Below are positions 10,947 to 20,455 of a stretch of 64,000 bases of DNA, in pieces (within the stretch, counting starts at the first letter, position 1; each line of letters opens with the position of its first letter). The stretch spans positions 69,181-133,180 of the forward strand of contig JACMQU010000178.1 in the NCBI GenBank assembly GCA_014376805.1, in the 5' to 3' direction. The DNA is from Bacteroidia bacterium. Lineage in GTDB: Bacteria > Bacteroidota > Bacteroidia > UKL13-3. Position numbers and translations under genes: made by a program. A model generated the notes under the pieces. It was not told the origin of the DNA, made no database searches, and saw only the letters and a list, made by a program, of their open reading frames with translations.

Positions 10947-11497
10947 TGAAAAAAATATTTATTATTCTGTTAATAGCTAACCTTTTTACAATGGCCTGTG
11001 AAGAGCCTGTACCACATATATTATTTGATGAAAAGGATTCTGTAGTAAAAGTTGAACCTAAATTCAGTTCGGATACTTACGATGGGGCTATACCGGGTTT
11101 GGATGCCCAGGTTATCGACTATACGCTTGAAAATGAGTATCAGCACAAACCGCAGTTGTTAAGAGATAGCACCTGGTCTATGAGTTGGGATAATGCCGGT
11201 TTTCCAAATGCGAAAAAATTTGTAATTTTCTTTAAAAGTTTTCAATGGGATGTTATGGACAGGAATAGGGAAAAAATTGCGGGAATGATCAAGTTTCCGT
11301 TAAGAGATTATCCTAAAAAGCAAGATTTTATTCGCAGATTTGATTCAATTTTCGGTCCCGATTTTGTTCAGGAAATTTTAGATCAGGATCCAAAAGGGAT
11401 TTTTAGAAGCAAAAGTGGCGCAATGATTGGTGATGATGGACAAATTTGGTTCAAACAGATTAATGGAAATTATAAAATTATTGAAATTAACCCTTAA
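10946..11497 (+). CDS. Hypothetical lipoprotein
   Basis: Lipobox-like FTMA-C followed by acidic residues. Start overlaps the purB stop (TGATG). Confidence 0.7.
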   Translation: MKKIFIILLIANLFTMACEEPVPHILFDEKDSVVKVEPKFSSDTYDGAIPGLDAQVIDYTLENEYQHKPQLLRDSTWSMSWDNAGFPNAKKFVIFFKSFQWDVMDRNREKIAGMIKFPLRDYPKKQDFIRRFDSIFGPDFVQEILDQDPKGIFRSKSGAMIGDDGQIWFKQINGNYKIIEINP

Positions 11498-11500
11498 CTA

Positions 11501-11962
11501 ATGACTGATTTTATAAAATTTCCATCTGATACCCTTGAAGATTATTTAATAATGCTTGATGTGAAAACACCTGCAAGTTGGGGCTCTATGACAGCACAAC
11601 ATATGATAGAACATTTAATGCTGCTAATGGAACTATCCCGCGGAGAGTTTTCGGTTTCGCTTGTTACGCCTCCCGAAAAAGTGGAGAAAGTAAAAAGGAT
11701 TATTTTAGTTAGCGACGCCCCTTTTAAAAAAGATTTCGTGGCTCCATTTCTTCCTGCGGGACTTCAACCACTAAATTATTTTTCTCTAAAAGAAGCTAAA
11801 GACAAACTTTTAAAAGAAGTGGATGTATATCTTACTTATTGGCAAAATAATCCTGAATCTACTTTTGTACATCCAATTTTTGGAGAATTATCTGTTGCTG
11901 AATGGCATTTGTTCCATAGTAAACACTTTACTCACCACTTTACCCAGTTCAATTTATTATAA
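11501..11962 (+). CDS. DinB/DUF1569-like four-helix protein
   Basis: WGSMTAQHMIEHL, HPIFGEL and HSKHFTHHFTQF His pattern. Confidence 0.7.
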   Translation: MTDFIKFPSDTLEDYLIMLDVKTPASWGSMTAQHMIEHLMLLMELSRGEFSVSLVTPPEKVEKVKRIILVSDAPFKKDFVAPFLPAGLQPLNYFSLKEAKDKLLKEVDVYLTYWQNNPESTFVHPIFGELSVAEWHLFHSKHFTHHFTQFNLL

Positions 11963-12063
11963 ATTTTGGAATAAAATACCTGATACACTTTGGTTTTTGG
12001 GAAAAAAACATCAAATTTGCAGCCCCGGAAATGGAGAACCGGGTTTAAAAACAAAATTATAGT

Positions 12064-12633
12064 ATGTCAGTAAAAATCAGATTACAACGTCATGGACGTT
12101 CAAAATCACCTTTTTACCACGTAGTGGTGGCGGATTCGCGTGCTCCGAGAGATGGTAAGTTTATCGAAAAAATTGGTTCGTACCTTCCTCAGACGCAGCC
12201 CGCAACAATTGAATTGGATGTGGACAGAGCAACTTATTGGTTGCAAAACGGTGCTCAACCCACCGATACCTGTCGTGCCATCCTTTCATACAAAGGTGCA
12301 TTATTAAAAACACATCTTGCCGTAGGTGTTAAAAAGGGAGCATTAACCCAGGAACAGGCAGATGAAAAATTTACCGGTTGGGTAAATGAAAAGGTTAACA
12401 AAGTGGAAGCGCATGTTGGTAGAGTTCAACAAACAGCAACGCAAAAACTTACAGATAAGCTTGCTGAAGAAAGTAAAGTTAATACTGCCCGCTTAGAAAA
12501 AATTTCTGCCAAAGCTGCTGCAGCTGAAGCTCTTGCCAATCCGGTTGCAGTAGAAACCGCAGCACCTGAAGCAGAAGCGGAAACGCCTGCTGCAGAAGTA
12601 GTTTCGGAAACTACCGAAAAACCTACAGAGTAA
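12064..12633 (+). CDS. rpsP: 30S ribosomal protein S16 with Bacteroidetes-type C-terminal extension
   Basis: [31 protein letters not shown], and an Ala/Glu-rich tail. Confidence 0.97.
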   Translation: MSVKIRLQRHGRSKSPFYHVVVADSRAPRDGKFIEKIGSYLPQTQPATIELDVDRATYWLQNGAQPTDTCRAILSYKGALLKTHLAVGVKKGALTQEQADEKFTGWVNEKVNKVEAHVGRVQQTATQKLTDKLAEESKVNTARLEKISAKAAAAEALANPVAVETAAPEAEAETPAAEVVSETTEKPTE

Positions 12634-12643
12634 TACATTGGCC

Positions 12644-13153
12644 ATGAAAACAATAAGCAGAAATGATTTTGTTGAAATTGGCTCTGTTGTTAAAATTCAT
12701 GGAACTAAGGGCGAGTTAAAAGTTGTTTTAACGCGCAAAATAAATTTTAAAGAATGGGCTTTTCTTCAGATAAGAGGAAAGCCCGTTCCTTTTTATATTC
12801 AGCAATGTAAACACAACTATGAAGAGGAAGCCTTTTTGAAATTAGAGGGGATTGATCAAATGGATATTGCTTCAATATTAGTTGGTTATGCACTCCTTGC
12901 TCCCTCAGCAGGGCTAAAAAAACCAGAGCAAAAATTAGATGATTCGTTCTTAAATTATAAAATTATAGATTCAAAACAGGGTGAATTGGGCATAGTGGAA
13001 GCCTTACTTGAAATGCCAATGCAACTGCTTATTAAAACCACTTATCGGAAACAGGAATTATTAATACCCGCCATAAATCCTATCTTAATGGAAATTGACG
13101 ATGAACATAAAATAATTTACGTTGAAATGCCGGATGGCTTACTCGAAATCTGA
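12644..13153 (+). CDS. rimM: Ribosome maturation factor RimM
   Basis: IGSVVKIHGTKGEL, ELLIP and MPDGLL. Follows rpsP. Confidence 0.9.
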   Translation: MKTISRNDFVEIGSVVKIHGTKGELKVVLTRKINFKEWAFLQIRGKPVPFYIQQCKHNYEEEAFLKLEGIDQMDIASILVGYALLAPSAGLKKPEQKLDDSFLNYKIIDSKQGELGIVEALLEMPMQLLIKTTYRKQELLIPAINPILMEIDDEHKIIYVEMPDGLLEI

Positions 13154-13166
13154 TAATAACCGTACT

Positions 13167-14408
13167 TTAATGGTTAAACACAAGAGCCTTTAATTGTTTT
13201 GCCTTCATTTGTGTTATAGCCACAATTCCTAACGTCATTATACCCCCAAAAACAACTGAGTTTACAGTGCCCATTAACCTGGCAGCTAAACCACTCTCAA
13301 AAGCACCTATTTCGTTTGAAGAGCCTATAAAAATTGTGTTAACAGCCGATACCCGACCGCGCATTTCATCGGGGGTATGAATTTGTAAAATATTAGATCT
13401 TATAATTACACTTATACTGTCAAAAGCACCACTTAAAAACAACAGAAAAAGTGATAGATAGAAATTTTCTGATAAGCCAAATAAAATCATGCATACACCA
13501 AATGCAGCTACGGCTTTTATCAAGATGCTTCCTGCATTTTTAATGGTTTTATTAAATGATAAAATTATCATAGTTATAACAGCCCCCATTGAAGGTGCTG
13601 CTCTTAAAAGGCCTAAACCTTCAGGTCCGGTTTTTAGTATCTCATCGGCAAAAACCGGAAGTAAAGCTGTTGCTCCTCCAAATAAAACCGAGAACAAATC
13701 TAAAGAAAGTGCGGATAAAATTACTTTGTTGTGGTAAACAAATGCAACTCCTTCTTTTAAACGGGGGATGATTTTTTCCCTTAAATCAGTTTTTGGTTCA
13801 AACTGTATATTTATTTTAAATAGGCTTAGTAATGCTAAAATAGAAAACAATACAATAGCTATAAACGTTTTTTCGATTCCCAAAAATGCATACGATAACC
13901 CACCTAATGCCGGTCCGGCTACAGCAGCAAATTGCCAGGCTGTGCTGTTAAGTGTACTAGCATAAGTTAATATTTCGCGGGGTACCAATTGCGATAAGAT
14001 AGAGAACGATGAAGGTGCATAGAATCCTCTGGCAAATCCACTTAAAAAAATAAACCCATAAATGAACCACACTGTTTGGGTATCAGCCATTGATGACTGA
14101 CTATAGTTACTGGTAAAAAAAGCCAGCCCCATACTGCATAAAATCATTGCCATTAGAGCAATAATTAAGATAGTTTTTTTGTTTTTTATGTCTGCTATAT
14201 GGCCGGCATATAAAGCTATTGAAATTGCAGGTATAGCCTCCGCAAGTCCTATCAATCCTAATGAAAAAGGATCTTTAGTAAGTTTATAAATTTCCCAACC
14301 AACAATTACCGCCTGCATTTGTAACGCAAATGTTAAAAATATTCGGGTAGTTAAAAAGTAACGGAATGCAGGTATTTGTAAAGTTTTAAAGGATAAGTTC
14401 TGTTTCAT
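13167..14408 (-). CDS. MFS transporter
   Basis: About 12 hydrophobic segments, GHIAD loop, GPALGG and MRGRVSAVN. Confidence 0.88.
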   Translation of the reverse strand: MKQNLSFKTLQIPAFRYFLTTRIFLTFALQMQAVIVGWEIYKLTKDPFSLGLIGLAEAIPAISIALYAGHIADIKNKKTILIIALMAMILCSMGLAFFTSNYSQSSMADTQTVWFIYGFIFLSGFARGFYAPSSFSILSQLVPREILTYASTLNSTAWQFAAVAGPALGGLSYAFLGIEKTFIAIVLFSILALLSLFKINIQFEPKTDLREKIIPRLKEGVAFVYHNKVILSALSLDLFSVLFGGATALLPVFADEILKTGPEGLGLLRAAPSMGAVITMIILSFNKTIKNAGSILIKAVAAFGVCMILFGLSENFYLSLFLLFLSGAFDSISVIIRSNILQIHTPDEMRGRVSAVNTIFIGSSNEIGAFESGLAARLMGTVNSVVFGGIMTLGIVAITQMKAKQLKALVFNH

Positions 14409-15721
14409 TAATTTTTACTGATAAACCATTTCCAGATCTCCTTATAAGTTGGTTTTTTACCATAAGTTAAAATGCCTATTCGGTATATGCGGCCTGCAAG
14501 CCAAACGGTAAAAATAAAGCCCAGGGCCATACATATCATTGATGCTATAATTTGCCAGGTTGGTATCCCAAAAGGTAATCGCACCATCATAACAACAGGT
14601 GAGCTAAAAGGGATCATAGATAGCCAAACAGATAATGAACCGTTTGGGGAGTTAACAACAACTGACTGTGCCAATGCAATTGAAAAAATTAAAGGCATGG
14701 TAATTGGCATCATAAATTGCTGCGTATCAGTTTCGTTATCTACAGCTGATCCAACTGCTGCAAATAAAGCCCCGTAAAATAAATACCCACTTATAAAGTA
14801 AAAAATAAACATGCCTATAAGAAGTCCAAAATTAAAGTTACCAAGATCGCTTAAAAAGTTTTCTACACCTGCATTCTTTGCCTGATTTAAAGTATCATTT
14901 CCTTTTGTTAATGCTTCTGTTCCAACATCCATAAAATTCATAACCAAAGCAGAAACAGGTATGCTTAATAATGCCACTAAAACTATCCATAAAATAAACT
15001 GGGTAAGGCCAACAAAAGCAATTCCTATAATTTTTCCCATCATTAATTGAAAGGGTTTAACCGAAGAAATAATTACTTCCACTATTCTATTTGTTTTTTC
15101 TTCAATAACTCCTTTCATTACCTGAACACCATATAAAAATATAAAAAAGTAAATTAGAATGGCTCCGGCAAATCCAATTAAAGTGGTTACCCCTGAGTTT
15201 CCATTTTCAGATCCATTGTCTGTTAGTTTTACCGTATTGATTTCTACGGAAGTCTGATTTATTTCATGTAATATCTTCTTATCAATTCCATTTTCGCTCA
15301 GCTTTTTATTTTTTAGCAATATTTCTAGCTGGTTTTCAATATTTGTTATTGTATTTAAACTTGGTTGTTCGTTAACTAGTAATCGTATTTTTGAACTTTC
15401 TTTGGAGAGTGAATCAGGCACCATTAAAACACCATATACCGACCCGTTTTTAAGTATATTTTTTATTTCGCTTTCAGTAACATTACGATAAGAAAATGTT
15501 ATAGATTTATTGCTTTTAAGGTTGTTTAAGAAAACACCCGATTCATCACTTACAACGATATGCTTGTTATCATCGGCAATTTCTTTGTTTATTGAAAAAT
15601 AAATTATAATACCATAAAAAAGAGCAATTAAAACAGGAGACAAAAAAGTCATTATAATAAATGACTTTTTTCTTACCCTTGTAAGATATTCTCTTTTGCT
15701 AATGAGCCAGATTTTATGCAT
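14408..15721 (-). CDS. ABC-2 type permease (NatB-like)
   Basis: REYLTRVRKKSF, EEKTNRIVEVIISSV and GKIIGI. Multiple TM helices. Confidence 0.9.
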   Translation of the reverse strand: MHKIWLISKREYLTRVRKKSFIIMTFLSPVLIALFYGIIIYFSINKEIADDNKHIVVSDESGVFLNNLKSNKSITFSYRNVTESEIKNILKNGSVYGVLMVPDSLSKESSKIRLLVNEQPSLNTITNIENQLEILLKNKKLSENGIDKKILHEINQTSVEINTVKLTDNGSENGNSGVTTLIGFAGAILIYFFIFLYGVQVMKGVIEEKTNRIVEVIISSVKPFQLMMGKIIGIAFVGLTQFILWIVLVALLSIPVSALVMNFMDVGTEALTKGNDTLNQAKNAGVENFLSDLGNFNFGLLIGMFIFYFISGYLFYGALFAAVGSAVDNETDTQQFMMPITMPLIFSIALAQSVVVNSPNGSLSVWLSMIPFSSPVVMMVRLPFGIPTWQIIASMICMALGFIFTVWLAGRIYRIGILTYGKKPTYKEIWKWFISKN

Positions 15722-16637
15722 TTTTAAAATTGTTTTTTTGTTGAACCGCCATAATAAATATTTCCTCCATTGAGGGAAGTTTTTCTCTAAATCCTTTTAT
15801 GTCTATTGGGTTATTTAATATGTGCTGAACCAACCGGTTTGTAGATATCAGATTTTGGAGACTTAAAACGGTAGTGTGCTGCCCGTTTTTTTCTTTCGTA
15901 TAATTTACCTCAATTAATTCATCAGAAACAAGAGCGCTACCCGTATAAATAATTTCAAACTGGTTACTTTTATATTGTTGTTTAATATCATTTACGGGGC
16001 CGTCCAATATTTTTTCTGCTTTGTTAATTAGTGCAATATGGTCGCACAATAATTCTACAGAATCCATTCTGTGCGTAGAGAATACTATAGTGGCACCTTT
16101 GTCTTTCAGCAAAAGAATTTCATCAACAAGAATTTGTGAATTAATAGGATCAAAACCAGAGAAAGGTTCATCAAGAATAATTAATTTAGGTTCATGTAAT
16201 ACTGTGGCAATAAACTGTATCTTTTGTTGCATACCCTTTGATAATTCTTCCACTTTTTTCCCAAGCCAATCTTTAATCTCAAACTTATCTATCCAGTATT
16301 TTAAGCGCAACTTTGCCTCTTTATTTGAAAGCCCTTTTAGTTCAGCAAAATATAACAATTGCTCACCTACCAACATTTTTTTATATAAACCTCTTTCTTC
16401 GGGTAAATAACCCATTTCAAAAATATGTTTGGATTGTAAGGTTTCCTGGTTAAATAAAATTGTTCCACTATCAGCCTGCGTAATTTGTGTAAAAATGCGA
16501 ATCAAACTAGTTTTACCTGCTCCGTTTGGACCTAATAAACCATAAATACTTCCTCTCTTAATTGAAATATCAATATGTTTCAATGCTACATGATCCTGAT
16601 ATTTTTTGTTAATTGATTTTGCTTCAATAATCATCAT
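15714..16637 (-). CDS. ABC transporter ATP-binding protein (NatA-like)
   Basis: GPNGAGKT, LSKGMQQK, ILDEPFSG and STH. Confidence 0.93.
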   Translation of the reverse strand: MMIIEAKSINKKYQDHVALKHIDISIKRGSIYGLLGPNGAGKTSLIRIFTQITQADSGTILFNQETLQSKHIFEMGYLPEERGLYKKMLVGEQLLYFAELKGLSNKEAKLRLKYWIDKFEIKDWLGKKVEELSKGMQQKIQFIATVLHEPKLIILDEPFSGFDPINSQILVDEILLLKDKGATIVFSTHRMDSVELLCDHIALINKAEKILDGPVNDIKQQYKSNQFEIIYTGSALVSDELIEVNYTKEKNGQHTTVLSLQNLISTNRLVQHILNNPIDIKGFREKLPSMEEIFIMAVQQKNNFKNA

Positions 16638-16921
16638 GTTGCAATTAAATACACTTTATGCATTCATTCTATTCTTTTTAATAATTTAACTGAAAAACAA
16701 AATGATAATAAATAAATTTAAACGTTTTAAATACTATTTAAACAGGTTTTGGAGCTGTTCATATAATCGGGTCGATAATTTTAATGTTATTTTAATTTAG
16801 GGTATTAAAATCAGCGCATTTTAATAAGTGACAATGATTTACCACTTATTTAAGTAATTTGTCATAAATTTAGTTAGTTTTAAAACGCTTAATTCTTTTA
16901 TTTTGTAACATATTAGATTAA

Positions 16922-17719
16922 ATGAGAATAACCAAAATTTCTATCTTCACGTTACTATTTTCAATTTTGATATTTGAACAGGCAAAAGGGGCTGATCCAT
17001 TATCAGAAAAATTCAACATTTTGAAGTCGGGTACATTTAATAAATATAAGAAAAGCTCTGGTGGCTGGCGGTTTGGAGCTGGTGCAGGGTATGCTTTGTA
17101 TGTTGGTAACCAAATGGATTATACTTTAACTTTAGGGTATGGAGAATTTAATGAATTACGAACCAATTATACTTTAGGAGCTTTTAAAGCATTCAGTAAC
17201 CATAATGAATGGGGTATTGTTGTTAAAAATGGATACTTTGGAACCTTAAAATCGCTAAACACGCAAGGGCTTGAATGTTATTTTAATGAAATACAGATCA
17301 TGTATCAAAGAAGTTTAAACAATAATGTAGGTTTAACTTCTGGTTTCTTAACATGTAATCTGCAATGTGGCTTAGGTGCGATGCAATATAAATCCAGGTA
17401 TTTTTTAGTTAATACCCAAACAAAATCTATTGAAAGAGTTTTATCGAGTTTAGGTTACGGTAGCACTACTGGTGCAAAAGATATACCTGGGGAAAAAATT
17501 GCCCTTTTAGGGAATTTAGGTATCAATCTCGGGTTTAAGCTTTCTCCTAACATCTCAATCTATTACGAAAATAGTTTGCAGGTTGCACTTACAAATCAAC
17601 TCTCAGGAAACTTATTTAAAAAATCGCTTATTCCTCCGGATGCCTATTATTATATGGGTTTAAGTGTTTATTTGAGGTTTGGTGGATATGCAAATCGTAT
17701 TGGATGTCCAAAATTTTGA
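16922..17719 (+). CDS. Putative outer-membrane beta-barrel protein (paralog A)
   Basis: Signal peptide, Gly/aromatic alternating strands and C-terminal CPKF. Aligns by eye with the next ORF. Confidence 0.6.
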   Translation: MRITKISIFTLLFSILIFEQAKGADPLSEKFNILKSGTFNKYKKSSGGWRFGAGAGYALYVGNQMDYTLTLGYGEFNELRTNYTLGAFKAFSNHNEWGIVVKNGYFGTLKSLNTQGLECYFNEIQIMYQRSLNNNVGLTSGFLTCNLQCGLGAMQYKSRYFLVNTQTKSIERVLSSLGYGSTTGAKDIPGEKIALLGNLGINLGFKLSPNISIYYENSLQVALTNQLSGNLFKKSLIPPDAYYYMGLSVYLRFGGYANRIGCPKF

Positions 17720-17762
17720 GAAATGAACTATATAGACTGCTAAATTTAAAACTAGTTAATTT

Positions 17763-18620
17763 ATGAATTTAACTTTGGAGCAAATCTTGTCATTAAGTAG
17801 TAAAAATAAAATACCATTGTTTTTACTTATCCGAAACTCTTTTTTTAGTTCATTGCTGATTATGCTGTTTTTTTTAAATAGTTTAATGGCATCTCCTCCC
17901 GTTTTAAACTCTAAAATAAAACTCCCCTTTGCAATTGAAAACTGGCGTTTTGGTATTGGTTATGGAAATGCATTTTATATTACTAACCAAATGGATTACA
18001 TAATTACAACCAATTATGGCAGTTTTAAAGAAGTAAGGCCAAGTTTTTTCTATGGTGTTTATGCTGCTATCAGCCAACGTTTAGAGATTGGAATTAGCGG
18101 AAAACATGGAAGTATGTTAACCCTTAAATCCCAAAATAGCCAAGGTTCACAATGCAATTTTGATGATCTGCAATTCAATGTTCAATATAGCCTTAATCGA
18201 AACGCTGGTTTAAAAAAGGGTAGAACCACAGCAAATGTTCAACTTGGTATTGGTGCCATTTATTTTAAATCTATGTATTTTACAGTTGATCCGATAACAA
18301 AAGGCATAAGAGACATTTTTTCTACCGTTGGTTATAAAAATGCTGCAGTTGGAGATAGACCAATTTCATTTGGCTTTATTGATATACCAGATAAGAAGGC
18401 GGCAATTGTAGGAAATATTGGAATTAATTTAGGCTTTCGTGTAACACAAAATGTGAGTTTATACTGGGAGAACTCGTTAAATGTAACATCATCAAATAAG
18501 CTTTCAGGAAACTTATTTAAAAGTTCATTTATTCCACCTGATTCATACTTTTTTTCAGGTTTGGGTGTTTACGTAAATATAGGTTCAGGAAGTAGCAGAC
18601 CTTTAAATTGCCCTAGATAA
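17763..18620 (+). CDS. Putative outer-membrane beta-barrel protein (paralog B); start uncertain
   Basis: Shares WRFG, NQMDY, GINLGF, ENSL, LSGNLFK and IPPD with paralog A. Ends in CPR. Confidence 0.6.
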   Translation: MNLTLEQILSLSSKNKIPLFLLIRNSFFSSLLIMLFFLNSLMASPPVLNSKIKLPFAIENWRFGIGYGNAFYITNQMDYIITTNYGSFKEVRPSFFYGVYAAISQRLEIGISGKHGSMLTLKSQNSQGSQCNFDDLQFNVQYSLNRNAGLKKGRTTANVQLGIGAIYFKSMYFTVDPITKGIRDIFSTVGYKNAAVGDRPISFGFIDIPDKKAAIVGNIGINLGFRVTQNVSLYWENSLNVTSSNKLSGNLFKSSFIPPDSYFFSGLGVYVNIGSGSSRPLNCPR

Positions 18621-18624
18621 TTTA

Positions 18625-19782
18625 TTAGTTAAAGAACTCTTTCATTCTGTCAAAAAAACCTTGGTCATTTTTATCAGGTTTAGGGGTAAAATTTTCAGAA
18701 GTTCTCCATTTTTCCAAAATTGCTTTTTCTTCTGAGGTGATTTTCTTCGGAGTCCAAACATTAATCTGAACCAATTGATCACCATGATAACCGGTATTAA
18801 TTTCGGGCAATCCTTTGCCTCTTAAGCGGAGTATTTTGCCTGGTTGTGTACCTGGTTCTATCTTCACTTTTACTTTACCATTCACCGTTGGCACTTCAAC
18901 CTGTGTGCCCAATGCAGCATCGGCGAAATTCAAAAACAGATCATAGATAATATTATTTCCGTCTCTTTTTAATACGGGGTCTTCTATTTCTTCAATAAGA
19001 ATAATTAAATCTCCGGGTATTCCGCCTCTTTCAGGTGCATTTCCCTTGCCGCTCATAGACAGTTGCATTCCATCTGCAACACCTGCCGGAATATTAACGG
19101 TAATAACTTCTTCTCCTTCATTACGTCCGGTTCCCTTGCAGTTATTGCAATTTGAGGTAACCACTGTGCCCTCACCATTACAACTTGTGCAGGTTGCCGT
19201 TGTAGCCATTTGGCCTAAAAAGGTTTGAGTTACTTTTCTAACTTGACCTGAACCACCGCAAATGCCACAGGTTTTAAAAGAAGACCTATCCTTTGCACCA
19301 GATCCACCGCAGGTATTACAGGCAATTTGTTTAGTAACTTTTAATTTTTTTTCAACCCCGGCAGAAATTTCCTGTAAGCTTAATTTAACTTTTACCCTTA
19401 AATTTGAACCCACCTTTTGTCTTCTACCACCTCTTGATCTTTGGCCGCTGTTGCCACCAAAAAAAGACTCAAATGGATTACCTTCACCAAAAACATCTCC
19501 AAACTGGCTGAAAATATCATCCATATTCATTCCATTACTGTGTCCTCCTCCGTTAGCCCCCATTGCTTGGTGTCCGAATCTGTCGTAACGTACTTTCTTC
19601 TCCTCATTACTTAAAATCTCATAAGCTTCAGCAGCCTCTTTAAATTTATCTTCTGCTTCTTTGTTACCCGGATTTTTATCAGGATGGAATTTGATGGCCA
19701 TTTGTCTGTAAGCCTTCTTTATTTCGTCAGAAGCAGCGTTTCTGCCTAAACCTAAAATTTCATAATAATCTCTTTTCGCCAT
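18625..19782 (-). CDS. dnaJ: Chaperone DnaJ
   Basis: MAKRDYYE start at 19782, HPD motif, G/F region and four CxxCxGxG repeats. Confidence 0.97.
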   Translation of the reverse strand: MAKRDYYEILGLGRNAASDEIKKAYRQMAIKFHPDKNPGNKEAEDKFKEAAEAYEILSNEEKKVRYDRFGHQAMGANGGGHSNGMNMDDIFSQFGDVFGEGNPFESFFGGNSGQRSRGGRRQKVGSNLRVKVKLSLQEISAGVEKKLKVTKQIACNTCGGSGAKDRSSFKTCGICGGSGQVRKVTQTFLGQMATTATCTSCNGEGTVVTSNCNNCKGTGRNEGEEVITVNIPAGVADGMQLSMSGKGNAPERGGIPGDLIILIEEIEDPVLKRDGNNIIYDLFLNFADAALGTQVEVPTVNGKVKVKIEPGTQPGKILRLRGKGLPEINTGYHGDQLVQINVWTPKKITSEEKAILEKWRTSENFTPKPDKNDQGFFDRMKEFFN

Positions 19783-19801
19783 TTTAATTTTAGTTACCTG
19801 T

Positions 19802-20386
19802 TTAAGCCCCAATAATCACTTTCGCAAACCTGATTACTTTATCATTTAGGAAGTAACCTTTTTCTAACACATCAACAATTTTATCTTTTAATTCATCAGT
19901 TGGTGCAGGAATTTTTGTTATAGCCTCATGAAAATCCGAATCAAAAGGCTTACCTAATGCTTCCATTTCCTTTATGCCTTTTTGAAAAAGTGTGCTTTTA
20001 AGTTTGTTATAAATCAATTCAATTCCCTCCCTTACAGACTTATTCTCATCTGTTAAAATTAATGCTTTAAGGGCTCTTTCAAAATCATCCAATATGGGCA
20101 ACATTAAAACTAAAACTTCCTGGCTTGCAGATTTAAATAAATCAGAACGTTCTTTATTGGTTCTGCGTTTATAATTTTCAAATTCAGAATATAACCTCAA
20201 ATATTTTTCTTGAACAGATGTAAGTTCCGCCTGAAGTTTTTCTTCTGCGCTGCCATTTTCTGCCAGAGGATTTGTATGCTGATGAGTTTTTAATTCGTCT
20301 GCAACATCTTTTAATTCCTGATCAATATGAGTAGTATCTTCTTTAAACTCTAATTCTTCATTATAATTTTCGTTGTCGTTCAACAT
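19802..20386 (-). CDS. grpE: Nucleotide exchange factor GrpE
   Basis: [28 protein letters not shown] and [15 protein letters not shown]. Confidence 0.96.
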   Translation of the reverse strand: MLNDNENYNEELEFKEDTTHIDQELKDVADELKTHQHTNPLAENGSAEEKLQAELTSVQEKYLRLYSEFENYKRRTNKERSDLFKSASQEVLVLMLPILDDFERALKALILTDENKSVREGIELIYNKLKSTLFQKGIKEMEALGKPFDSDFHEAITKIPAPTDELKDKIVDVLEKGYFLNDKVIRFAKVIIGA

Positions 20387-20413
20387 AATTCTTTGGCTAT
20401 TTTCTGCTGTTTT

Positions 20414-20430
20414 AGCAAAGATGTTGCCAA
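20414..20430 (-). promoter_or_regulatory. Putative sigma54 -24/-12 promoter of grpE-dnaJ
   Basis: Minus strand reads TTGGCAACATCTTTGCT, with exact GG-N10-GC spacing. Confidence 0.55.
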
Positions 20431-20455
20431 CTATTTATTTTGTGACATAGTGACA

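Noticed and set aside
12420..12633. Long Ala/Glu-rich tail on S16
   Set aside because: Extended S16 proteins are usual in Bacteroidetes, so this is not novel.
18625..20386. dnaK and hrcA missing next to grpE-dnaJ
   Set aside because: A separate dnaK locus is common in this phylum, and absence from one window says nothing about the genome.
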